Position numbers and translations under genes: made by a program. This document shows, piece by piece, positions 27,563-39,840 of a stretch of DNA of 64,000 bases. The notes beneath the pieces were generated by a model. It searched no databases. It was not told the DNA's origin and saw only the letters and a list, made by a program, of their open reading frames with translations. Source of the stretch: the human T2T-CHM13v2.0 reference genome, Homo sapiens; assembly GCF_009914755.1 (NCBI RefSeq), contig NC_060929.1; one strand, given 5' to 3'. Numbering within the stretch: position 1 is the first letter of the stretch; each line of letters opens with the position of its first letter.

Positions 27563-30500
27563 CGGAGACTGGCAGGCCACTCGCCCAATCGCGCCGCGCG
27601 CTCCGGGCGGGCCCGCGGCCGCCTGGGGTGGGACCGAGCGAGGTAAACACCGGCTGCCTGCGGTTCCGGGGGCCCGCGGTGTCTCTCGTCCCTTCGGCGG
27701 CCTTCCCCTCTAGGAGCGACTTCCCTGGGGCCACCGTCCCGGGCCTGCGCGGCGCCTTGCCGCACTCCCAGCGCCGGAAGCCCCTGTCGAAGGCCTGGGG
27801 CCACCTTGAAAGCCGGAATTTCAGAGCGGAGGCGAGCCACAGAGACCACCCAGCCCCTTCCTTGTGCCGAGGGGAACACAGGCCAGAACAGGGAGGGGAC
27901 CTGCCAAAAGGCACGTAAGCATTTGGCCCTAAGCCAGAGCTGGAGCTCAGGCCCCCAGAGTTCCGTCCAGGGCACTCCAGGACTCTTCTTAACAAAGCTA
28001 TAGAAATTCCGAGCTGAAAAGACCCATAAAGACTCTACCGCGAACATTTTTTGCTCCAGACATTGTAAAGGATTCCCAGACATCGTAAACGCTTTGCTCC
28101 AGACATTGTAGATGCTTTGCGTGCATTATTTTCTTCGCACAATCACGCTAGGGAGGTGGGTTTTACTACCTTTTCTTAAATAATATTTGAGTCACAAAAA
28201 GGTTAGATGACCTCAGTAAGGGGCTGAATCAAGATTCAAACCCGGGTGGGCAAATCCAGAGGCCGCCTTCCACCCTACCTACTTATATGTGGGCTAGATA
28301 ATCCCAACAGACTGGGATTTCCTAGACCGGTAAGGAACATAAACTTGCTTTAAGGGTAGGAAAGCTTTTTAAAAGCTTATCCTTTTATTTTTAAAAAGAA
28401 AGAAAGCTAAATTTTAATTCCAAAAAGTGGAAGGTCTAACCTTGGAATAAAGAACAGCTCTTTAAACTAAATATAGCTTTATGAAAAACCTATTGCAAAA
28501 GACCCATTTCACTGGTACTGTTGAAAACTTAGTCATTGACAGGCCCTCATCCTCAAAAAGAATTAGGGGAAAGGATTTGGGGAACTGTTTAATACACACC
28601 CTCATTTTACAGAAGAGAGACCCATCAATCAACTGTGACTTCGCAATAATACACACACAGATACTTGCCCAAATTATATACCTAATCTGGGGATTCTCCT
28701 ATAAGGCTTTGTAACCTCCTAGGGTTCCTTCAGTTAATTCAACGGTGTTATCAGATCTTCAAAACGATATTCATTCTAGTTTAATTATGAAAAGAATTAC
28801 ACTTATGCCTTGATTCAGAAGGGAGGGAGGGAGGAAGCGATGCAAACTCCAAAGCACCACTGAGTCTCACCACTGGGGGATCCTACAGAGAAACTGGGAA
28901 TCCTGGCCCTGGTTTACATAGCAGCTCCCAGGCATCGTCTCCACCCATCAGGTCCGCACCTGCCAGTTTTCTTCCTGCTCTTTGTGCCTGTACTTCCCAA
29001 TTCTCTTCCTGCAGGGCTCTCTTCCTATTCCCAACCCACATCTTCTCCACCCCCACCCTCTACCCACTGAAAACTAAAATCTACCTAAAAATGGCTGGTC
29101 TCTAATTACTTGCATTTTGTTTCCACACTATTTCAGCTGTTTTTATAGCATGTCTGGCCTTAGCCGGGCAGACAGTTTCATTTCTCAAAGTGTCCGCTGG
29201 GAATTCTCAAGCTTGACATAAAAAAATGGCACTCAGTCATCTTTTTGTCTGATTTCCTAGTTCTGGATCCTTTTTCTTAACAGTTCCAATTTGTGAGAAA
29301 ACTCATTTATTTATAAAGTCGTGACTGCCCCCACCTCTTCCATTCTTTGAAGTCTTGGTTTGTCTTCAGGACATTCCACCCTGTTAGAGACCATGGAGCC
29401 CATAGATAACAAACCCCTATTTGACAGATAGGTAAACTGAGTCCTCTGTCTAGAAAAGGACTTACTCTAGGCCACACACATTGAGTGACACAACCAGGGC
29501 CTTGGAATCCAGGGCCTTGGCTCCCAGTCCTGTGTGCTTGGTCCACTGTACCAAGTTGTCTTTACAATGACATGATTTTTCTCACTGCCTTGCAGAAAAC
29601 ACCACTGTCATAAACACAGGCTATGAATTGAGCTAATGGGATTCCAATCCCTGCTCAGCCACTTACTACCTGGGTGGCCCCTCTAAGCCTCAGGCTTCTG
29701 TCTGGAAAATGGGGGATAATATACCTATTCCTCATGTGAATCATGAGGATAAATTGGACAATGCAAATAAAGCCCAAGGCTCAGCACACAGTAGGCATTC
29801 AAGAAATGATAGTGGTGTCTAGATGTGGGCTGCATGCATTGGGTAGAACTTGGCTCTTAAACTCAGCAATGCAACCTCACCAGGCGCCATCCCACCATAC
29901 ACATCCTCTGTGAGACCCTAGCCTCTAGGAGCATGGCAGGAATGGGAGACAGGCCCCCTAGCCTGGCACTGCCTGCTACCCTGTGGTCTGGAAGGGGATT
30001 TCCAAGTCAAGAAGCTGGGCCTGACGCTGGGAGCTGAGTGACTCAGGCAGGTGCAACCTCTTGTTCTTCCAGAGTAATGACAAGCACTCGCACAAAGCCA
30101 CACCCAGAAGGAGAATCAAACTGCCTTTGTTTTGTTTTGTTTTATTTGGTTTTGTTTTAAAGCACGCAACTTCTCGATCTCCTTTCTGCTACTCCCTCCT
30201 CCACCACCCCTACTGAGGTAGCTACAGAGTCAGACCCAAATACACATTTGAAGGTAATAAAAAACATATGAAAAATCCATCTATAACCAACTTAACTCTA
30301 GAGCAAGTTCCAGAAGAGGGGTGGAGGCTGCATAATAAAAGCATTAAAAGGTAACATGTATGGAGTATTTGCTGTGTGCTATCTCCGCGCTTTTATTCAT
30401 AATTTGCCTCCCAACCAGCTTATGAGGTCGGCACCATTATCATCCACATTTCACAGATGAAACTGAAGCTTTGAGGTATTAGATGACTTGCCCAAGGTCT

Positions 30501-30641
30501 TACAGCACAGCAAGTAACCGGAGCTTGAAGATCCAGGCTCTTAAACGCTTAACACTCTTAAGCATCATGCTCCAAAGTCTTGCCAGCTAGCAAGACATAG
30601 AACTCAGAGTGCCAGGCTTGAAGGGTCTTTAGAAATGATCA

Positions 30642-30974
<333 letters not shown>

Positions 30975-32540
30975 TCATTGTAGGGCTGGAGCCACACCAA
31001 GGGCCAGAGAGCGGCAGGGACTTGCGGGAGGTCTTACGTTGAGTTTGTGATTCATACATAGGACAGAACCCAAGTATCCTTCTCCCAGCACAGTGCTGTT
31101 TCCACATACCCCACTGATAGGAAATGGAGCATCTAAATCAAACAAGAACATTCCTCATTGCATTAGGAGAATGAGTGAATCAGGGCCTTGGCTAGGGGAG
31201 AATGGAACTCGGGAGCAGCTAATGAACTAGGAAAAGAGCAGCCCTGGGTCCCTTCCTTAGATCCATAACCTGAGGCAATCTCAGGAGTGTAAGACCCTCC
31301 AGTGGATTCTAGGTACTTTTTGGTGCTGGGTGTATGTGTATGTTAAAGAGAGATTTTGGTGATAGTTAAATGAGAATGCATATCAAGCACATGATATTGA
31401 CTAAAATTGTTCTAGGCAATTGTGGCAGTTTTTGGTAAAAAGTAAATAAATGAGCAGGGTCCATGGTCCCAGCTTCTCTCCTCAGCCTAAGAAGACATTT
31501 TTAATTCTCTCTATCCAGCTCCCAAATACCTGCATGAGGAGGTAGTTGTATCTTCAGAGGTTTTCACAGTCATTCAGCACCTTAAGGTGAATGAAACCAT
31601 TTCATACCCACAACTTGCCCATTTCCCAAGAGACCGTCACGCAGAGGATAAGGTGTGGGTTCTGGCCTCTGGGCTTAAATCACAGCCCTGCCACTTACAA
31701 CTCTGTGCCTTGGTTTCTTTATCAATGACATGAAGGCTGTAACTGTGCCCAATTCAGAGGGTGGTGACAATCAAATGCCACAAGGCTTGGCCTCAGTGAA
31801 AGGTAGCGATGATCATTATGATCATCAATTCTATGAGGCAGCAGGGATTGCTTCTCTCCTTTTTCCAGGAGGACCCCAAGGCCTGGAGCTGGGGAGCAGC
31901 TTGCCCTAGACATCAGACTGTCTTCTGAGGAGCTGGGCCTGGAAGGCATTGCTGCTGACTTTTCTCCAGGCTCTTTCCCCTTTTCTTCCTTCTCTATCCC
32001 AACTATTTTCCCTGTGTCCCTGGGCTGGCCTGTTACACTTCAGTTTCTAGGGCACCACTGGAGGAGAGGAAAGGGCAAAGTGACACTGGGGGAAATTCCC
32101 AGCCTCGTCACATACGTGGCCTAGCCAGGCCCCTCCCACAGTTCCTAGGAGCCCTGGGTCTCCCCACTCCAGCGTCTCTCCCCCTGGCCTCTCCGTCTCC
32201 AGGTCAGGGTGTCAAGCTGGATCTGGGCTTGCATCCAGGGTTGCCCCTTGTCATCCTCCTGGAAGTGGGAACAGGTCAGCCAGGCCCAGCCCGGCCCAGC
32301 CTCTCAGGAAGTTAGACCCACAAAACCGGAGCATTTCCTAATCCCGGGAAGCCCTAACAGGGCCCTGAGAGCAATCCTCTTTCAGTCCCACCCACCTTCC
32401 TCCCTGTCCTCTCCCACACCCTCTTCTTCTATGGCCCCTCCCCGCTCTCCCTCCATTCCTCTGTAGCCTAGAAGCCACCGTCAGACTTGGCCTCTGTTCC
32501 TTGCCTCTTCTAGCCAGGGACTTCCCTAGGCTGTGAAAAG

Positions 32541-32732
32541 ATGCCTGGGGAGGGGATGAAGAGGGCCGTTTGGATGAACTGGCCTTTCTTCATCATTCCT
32601 GGTTCCAGAGTTTCCTCATTCTTATGGTAACATTTATGGACCACTGAGGATACAGGAGTGGACCAATCAGACCCGCTTCCTGCTCTCTCAGAGCTCACAG
32701 ACTCTCAGGAGCCATATGGGGCTATTTAAATA
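32541..32732 (+). repeat. Local direct duplication, copy 1
   Basis: Nearly identical to 34711-34904 (a few substitutions and one small indel). Confidence 0.95.
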
Positions 32733-33570
32733 AGTAGAATTAAACTAAAATTAAATAGAATTTTAGTCCAGATTTTCTAAGTGATCAAAGAGGAAGCTGC
32801 GTCAGCTGTGTCTGCCTGCCCTTGGCCCACTCCCTGTGCCCTGGGCTCTCTGTTACAGGTTCCACCACAAAAGAGTCCAGCGGCCCTAGAAGCAGAGCAG
32901 GCAGGAGAGAAGCAAGAGATCCTTTTGCTCCAGTGTTAAGGAGGGTCTCAGCCTCCACTATGTTCCCCTGGAGGCAGCGCCGATTCTTGGCCTCTTCCTA
33001 TCTAGCTGTAGACTTCTAAAGTGCCCAACACACACTTGTACCCTCTCCATCAAAAATTCACTGTACACACAGATACACACACAAATACACACAGTCACCA
33101 ACTTACACCCACACAGAAAGACACATACACGCTTCAGGGATCTGACACAACACAGGCACACATTCTCACACACACAAACACCCACATCCATATTCACACT
33201 TGCATACCTCCCTTTTCTTGAGGGAATAAGACAAAAATAGGCTTTGCTTTTCCCTTTGGAAAAGCTAGTAACAACTAGAGAGAAAAAGACTGGCCAAGAA
33301 GGCAAGGCCAGAAGAAGAGGGGCAGGAAGAAGGAACGAGATGGGGGAGAGAAGACAGTGGAGAAGGAGGCTGGGTGAGGAGCAGGGGCTGGGAGCCCAAG
33401 ACCTGGGTGGGAAGAGCAAGCTAGGCTGAGAGCAGCAGACCCTGGCTGGCAGGACATGGGAGGCCAGGTGGCTCTTGGCACAGAGCTGAGGGTGTCTGCT
33501 TGCCCCAGCACCCTTGTGCGGTGGGTCCTTTCCCCTGTCCTGGCCCACCGGCCCCCATCTAGTCACTCAC

Positions 33571-33650
33571 CTGGGGAAGGGCAGGAGAATACGAGGGTGT
33601 GTGCACCAGGGGCGGCTGTCCCTATGAAGGCTCCTCGGCTCACTGTGCTT
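33571..33650 (-). other. TNIP1: Candidate distal non-coding TNIP1 exon (alternative first exon or 80-nt internal UTR exon)
   Basis: Consensus donor CAG|GTGAGT at 33569-33570. There is also a plausible acceptor (pyrimidine tract + CAG at 33651-33652, CTAAT branch point ~33683). TNIP1 is known to have upstream alternative first exons. Confidence 0.6.
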
Positions 33651-33692
33651 CTGCAGGAAGGAGGGCTGGGCTGAGCTGACTATTAGGCAGGA

Positions 33693-33704
33693 GGGGAATT
33701 CCCC
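33693..33704. promoter_or_regulatory. Palindromic NF-kappaB site GGGGAATTCCCC in the distal TNIP1 promoter region
   Basis: Perfect 12-bp palindrome matching high-affinity kappaB sites, about 120 bp upstream of the 33571 donor. Confidence 0.75.
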
Positions 33705-34090
33705 GAGATGGAGGAGCCGCCACCAGGCAGCCCCGCAAGGCCCAGCTGAGGCCCCATCCTGCCCGCTGGCAGAGCAGAGGGCCCTTATTTGTCAGCCTCC
33801 ACCTGTCACTTCCCAGACTGGCTGTCCCGTGCTGTGAATTCCAGGGAGTTGGGGTTGGGGGGGATCTGGGGAGAAGAGTTGGAAGCCTGATGCTTCCTCA
33901 GCTGGGCTGGGAAAAGGCACCCGAGAATGGGCTGGGGCAACCTGGCCTGGCCTCCCTAGATTGTCCTGAAGACCTCCATTTCCTCCTTCGCCTAAGGTGG
34001 GGGATTCCAGTGCTCAGGGCCCTGAGGAAACTGCCAGATGCCCAGCCCACATCCTCCCACCCCGTTCCTATCCTACCTGTTGCCACTTAC

Positions 34091-34146
34091 TCTCTGAGGC
34101 TTCTCCATCCATAGTGAAGAAGGGGCCCACTCCTTCCTTGGTGCAT
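34091..34146 (-). other. TNIP1: Candidate most-upstream TNIP1 first exon (5' end approximate)
   Basis: AGA|GTAAGT donor at 34089-34090. The position agrees with my recollection of the annotated upstream end of TNIP1 (unverified). Confidence 0.5.
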
Positions 34147-34326
34147 GCCGAGTCACATTTGGATGTCAAGTAAGGCCTTAGAAACCGCAGCCCAAGGAAT
34201 TCTGCACTGACCAGCTGGAGATCCTGAACAAGTCACCTCATCATCCTGAGCCCTAGTGATCTCCTGCTTAATGAGTCCTGCTTTGCCTGACTCCTGCCAT
34301 TTAATGGTAATTAAAATAAAATGATG

Positions 34327-34881
<555 letters not shown>

Positions 34882-34904
<23 letters not shown>

Positions 34905-35066
34905 TAAATTAAGTAGATTAAAATTAAATAGAATTAACAGTTCAATTCCTCAGTAGCACAAGCTGCATTTCGAGTGCTCAACAGCCACATGCACCTACTA
35001 CATTAGACTACATGCATGTATGACATTTCCATTATTATAGAAAGTTCTATTGGATAGCACTGCTCT
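34882..35066. mobile_element. MER3/MER33-like hAT-Charlie fossil
   Basis: GGCTATTTAAAT...TTCCTCAGTAGCACAAGCTGCATTTCGAGTGCTCAACAGCCACAT...AGAAAGTTCTATTGGATAGCACTG. A second fragment lies at about 35694-35790. Confidence 0.7.
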
Positions 35067-37679
35067 GGGGGCTACAGGTAAATGAGGAGGAGATTACAAT
35101 AAAGTACAGGAAAGATGTGTTTTGGCAGGAGAAATGCAGGGGGCTTTGGGAGCCTGGACAAAAGAGTATCTGGTCAGGATATGGGGATCTGGGAAGTCTT
35201 CCTGGAGGAAGTGACACCTAAACTGAGACCTGAAAGTAGCCAAGAAAGAAGATAAGGAAGAGTGTTCTCCACAAAGGGAATAGAATATTCAAAGAGAATA
35301 GAGAATATATTCTGAGAACAGAAAGAGAAGAGAGAATATATTCCATGAACTGTTCAGTCTGAGTAGACCAAGGGATTTGAGGCAGACTGGGGGAAGTGAC
35401 AGAGGTAGACCTGGAGAAATAAACAGGTCCAGGTCACAAGGGGCCACATGCAGCCTCTGCAGGAGGAGAGGAGCAATAAGAGGTGGGGGCGGAGAAGGGT
35501 CCATTGAATCCCATCCAACTGCATCTGTGCCCTTCAGATCAGGATTACACGGGGATGCTAAATCTCCTAGCCCAATGGCCTCACTTTACAGACAAGGAAG
35601 TGGAGGCCAGACAGGGGAAATAAATTTCCAAGTGAGTAAATAGAGGGACTTCCTGACTCCTAGTCCAGTGCTCTTTCCCACACCACACTCAGCCCCTCAG
35701 TGGCACTGCCACTTTTCAAGAGCTCGATTGCCACACGTGGCAAGCAGCTACCATGCCAGACTGCACAGATATTTCCATCATCACAGAAAGTGCAGTTGTA
35801 TGAATGATACTGACCCTTGAGCTAGACCAGGGGCAAAAAGATGATGTTCTCCTGTACATAGACCCTTTTCTCTGCAGGGGGTGAAAATATGTGTAGCTCA
35901 GCCCTAATGTTCCTGGATTACAATTTTCCCCCTATATACAATATTTGCACTTTAAAGTCCACTATAATTACATATTCTCTGTAAATTCACAGAGCCTGGC
36001 TTAGACCAGTTCCTGCCCATGGAATCTTAGATGGCAAAGGGACCTTGAAGGGCTAAGGACGTTCAAGGAGCTGGAGCGACATGAGCTGGGATTTCCAGTT
36101 AGAATACCTGGCTGGCACATCCTATGAAGAGAATGGCTCTGAGCTCTCCCTGCTGAAATGCTGACAGCAATCAGTTTCTCTCACCTCTTCCCCCTTCCAG
36201 CCATGCATGGATTCCCTGAAGCTGCCTTCTCTGTTCAGGCCAGGGGATAGACACTGAGGAAGAAGAGGCCCTCAGACTGGGAATCAGTAGAGCTGACTTT
36301 GAATCCTGGCTCTGCTGTATGGCCCTAGGCAAGTTTTGGTCCTCAGCTTCCCCTTCTATAATGTAAAATATCAGGCTAGATGACCACTAAGGGACCTCCC
36401 ATTCTGACATGTTAAGGAAGTCCAAAAGTTCAGAGGAAGGAGAAATCAGGATGAATAAAGGCGGATTGCCATTAGGCGGTTAGGAAATAAAAACACTAAT
36501 AGCTAATATTTAAGCTTATCATATGCCAGGCACAGTACTCAGTGCTCTTAGATGAATTATTTCATGCATCTCTCTTAAGAACTGTATAAGACTGATATAC
36601 TATTCTGCAAAAGAAGAAATGAGGCTCCTAGTGGGTTAAGACAACTGCTAATAAATGGCACAAGTAGAGTTCAAATATAAGTAATGTCTCCCGTGAGGAT
36701 GTGGAGGAGATGAGACCTATACTGGATCTTAAAAGAGGGCAAAATTTGGGTATACACAAGGAAACTGTCACAGGACCACTCTTTTGATACGGAATTATCC
36801 AGCCCTACCTCATCCATTTTGACATCTCTGGTCTTGCTGCTGATGTTGTAGGGACAGGACTGAGCCAGTCTCATAAAAGCTATTTGATACTTACTTAGGG
36901 AATGAATGAACTTGACTCTGTGAGTTTCCTGGTTCATCAATTCTGTTGAAAGTTCCCCAAGAATAGAAACTCTTCATGCCATTAGGACCTAGCCCAGGAT
37001 TTGGCAGATTTCTGGACCCCATCATAGAGCTAAGAAATCAGACTCTCTAACGAGGGGATCCCTAAAGGCAGCAGTTTAATTAAACTCCCTGATACTCCCC
37101 GATACTCCCCGTAGAGTTTGAGAAGCCAAAACTCTCAGCTGGATCTTCCAAATCCAAAGTGAGAATTATCTGCTCACATATAGGCAGCTAGGTAGAACTC
37201 ACTGTCAGGAACTCACTGGTAGATACTGAGGATGCGTTTACTTCTCTGAGTCACCCAAGCATCAAATCTATGATTTTTGCAAAGTCCCACTCAAGCCAAT
37301 GAAGTTACCTGCTTATCTGAACTTTGAAGACAGGCAGTTAGAAGAGGTCATAGAATCATAGTTTTTCAGATGTCTACTGGCTCAACAGCCTACCCAGAAC
37401 CAGCACATCCTCCCCCAACCATTGGCAAGTGGTCAGCCAAGTTTTGCCACCCTATTTCAATGATGGGGAGCTCACTACCTTACAGGTAGCCCATTGCATT
37501 CTCAGTCGGCTCTCATTTAAAGCTCAGATCTGCCTTCTTCTCCTTTGGATGGGTGCCTATCAATGGCTGACAAATTCTTCCAAGGCCCTTCATGATCTAG
37601 CTTCTACTTACCATCCCTTCCCGCTCTAACCACCCCTAAGCATTCCTCAAATGTGCCAGCTCCTTTCTGCTTCTTCTTC

Positions 37680-37979
<300 letters not shown>

Positions 37980-38264
37980 CTTCCTTTTTGCTTCTTTTGG
38001 CTTCCTTGCATATTCCTTGGCCCCTGGCTGCAGCACCTCCCCTCCACTGTGCCTTTCACCTGGCCAATGCCTGCTTATTTTCTCTGTCTCAACTTAAGTG
38101 TGCCTCTTCTGGGAAGTTTCCCTGACCTTCCCCACTCCTGCACTCCCCTCCAGACCACAGCAGGCCCCTTGTTCTGCATTTTCAAGCCCTGCCTTTCTCT
38201 CTCTCTGCAACTAGTTGTAATAAAATGATTATTGGTGCAGTTAATTTAGCATCTGATGAGAAAA

Positions 38265-38465
38265 ATGGTTTTCAGCCAGGGATGATTTTGGCCCCCACAG
38301 GGCAACTGGCAATATCTGAAGACATTTTTCATTGTCACAACTGAGGAGGGAGTATACTACTGACATTTATTGGACAGAAGGCAGGGATGCTGCCAAGCAG
38401 CCTACCATGCACAGGACAGATCCCCATAACAAAAAATGACCCAACCCAACACATCAACAGTGTTC
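38265..38465. mobile_element. MER20
   Basis: GATTTTGGCCCCCACAGGGCAACTGGCAATATCTGAAGACATTTTTCATTGTCACAACTG...GGCAGGGATGCTGC. Confidence 0.75.
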
Positions 38466-38781
38466 TCAACATGTCCATAGAGAAAACTCGTTTTGGAGTA
38501 TAAGCCCCATGTGGTCAGGGACTATTTCTTCTTTGATTGTCACAATTTCACCAGTGCCTAGCAAACAGCAGGCAATCCATGAATGCTTGTGGAGGGAAGA
38601 AGAGAAGGAGAAGGAAGTGGGTCATAGAATGAAATGCTAGAACCCCATCGAGGGGGGTGATGTGTACAGTGTCCCCGACGTTGGGGAGAGTAGAGGACTG
38701 GGGATACACATGTAAAGAGAGCTGAGACTGGGCAGACAGACCTCGGGAGCCTTGAACACTGGGCTAAAGAATGTCGCCTCT

Positions 38782-39186
<405 letters not shown>

Positions 39187-39635
39187 TCAAACTGGCACTT
39201 CAGGAAGAGATCTGGGGACAGTGAGAAATACGTCTTGAGAAAGGGGATTTGACTTGTTAGTGATAGAGGCAGGTGTTAAATCCACAAATATCCCTCCTTA
39301 TTTTACTGATGCACATGGGGTAACCCTGGTTGCAAACAGCTGTCTGAAGAGCTGGCAGCACCCTTTTTCAGACTGTGAGTAAATGGACAGGCCTCAAACT
39401 TTGAGGCCACAGGCATCTGCTTGGTGCCAGGCCAGCCACTATTACTGACTCACCATATGGCCTCATCAGTACTTCCTCTCGCCATCCCTCACCTTCCTCA
39501 TCTGTAAAAGGGAGTAAATTCTCTTCACCCATTTATAACACTGAGCACAGCTGTGTGCACAAAAGGGCATCCATTAGGATAATTTCATAGAGAATATTAT
39601 AGACCATGGGTTTGTTAACTTTAGTGTCCTTTGAC

Positions 39636-39840
39636 CAGGGGTTCGCAATCCTGACTGCACATTTAAATCACCTGCAATCCTGACTGCACATTTAAATCAC
39701 CTGGGGATCTTTCTAAACACGCGGACCCTCCAGGCCCCACCCCAGATTAATTAAACCAGAATCTCCGGGGGTGTGGCCTGGGCATGGGTATTGATAAAGC
39801 TCCCCCAGGTGATTTTGAGATGCAAAGTTGTGACCACTGA
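39636..39840. mobile_element. MER5A/B-like element with an internal 29-bp tandem duplication
   Basis: CAGGGGTTCGCAATCC...AATCACCTGGGGA...CCCCAGGTGATTTTGAGATGCAAAGTTGTGACCACTG. Confidence 0.7.

Larger units (their letters stand above)
27020..27840. promoter_or_regulatory. TNIP1: CpG island, TNIP1 proximal promoter
   Basis: Dense CpG and high GC, unlike the rest of the window. Contains ETS GAGGAAGT (~27513), a kappaB site (27552), CCAAT (27585-27589) and a GC box GGGCGGG (~27605). Confidence 0.93.

Noticed and set aside
27105-28083. Long ORFs (296, 261 and 203 aa) on both strands
   Set aside because: They overlap the CpG island, where stop codons are rare. They start at non-ATG codons, are R/G/P/A-rich, and resemble no protein family I recognise.
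28050-28120. Short repeats with gaps, superficially CRISPR-like
   Set aside because: Eukaryotic DNA, three degenerate units, no unique spacers and no cas genes.
32958-33566. 202-aa minus-strand ORF
   Set aside because: Begins in the donor's intronic GTG and crosses CT-rich and TG-rich low-complexity sequence.
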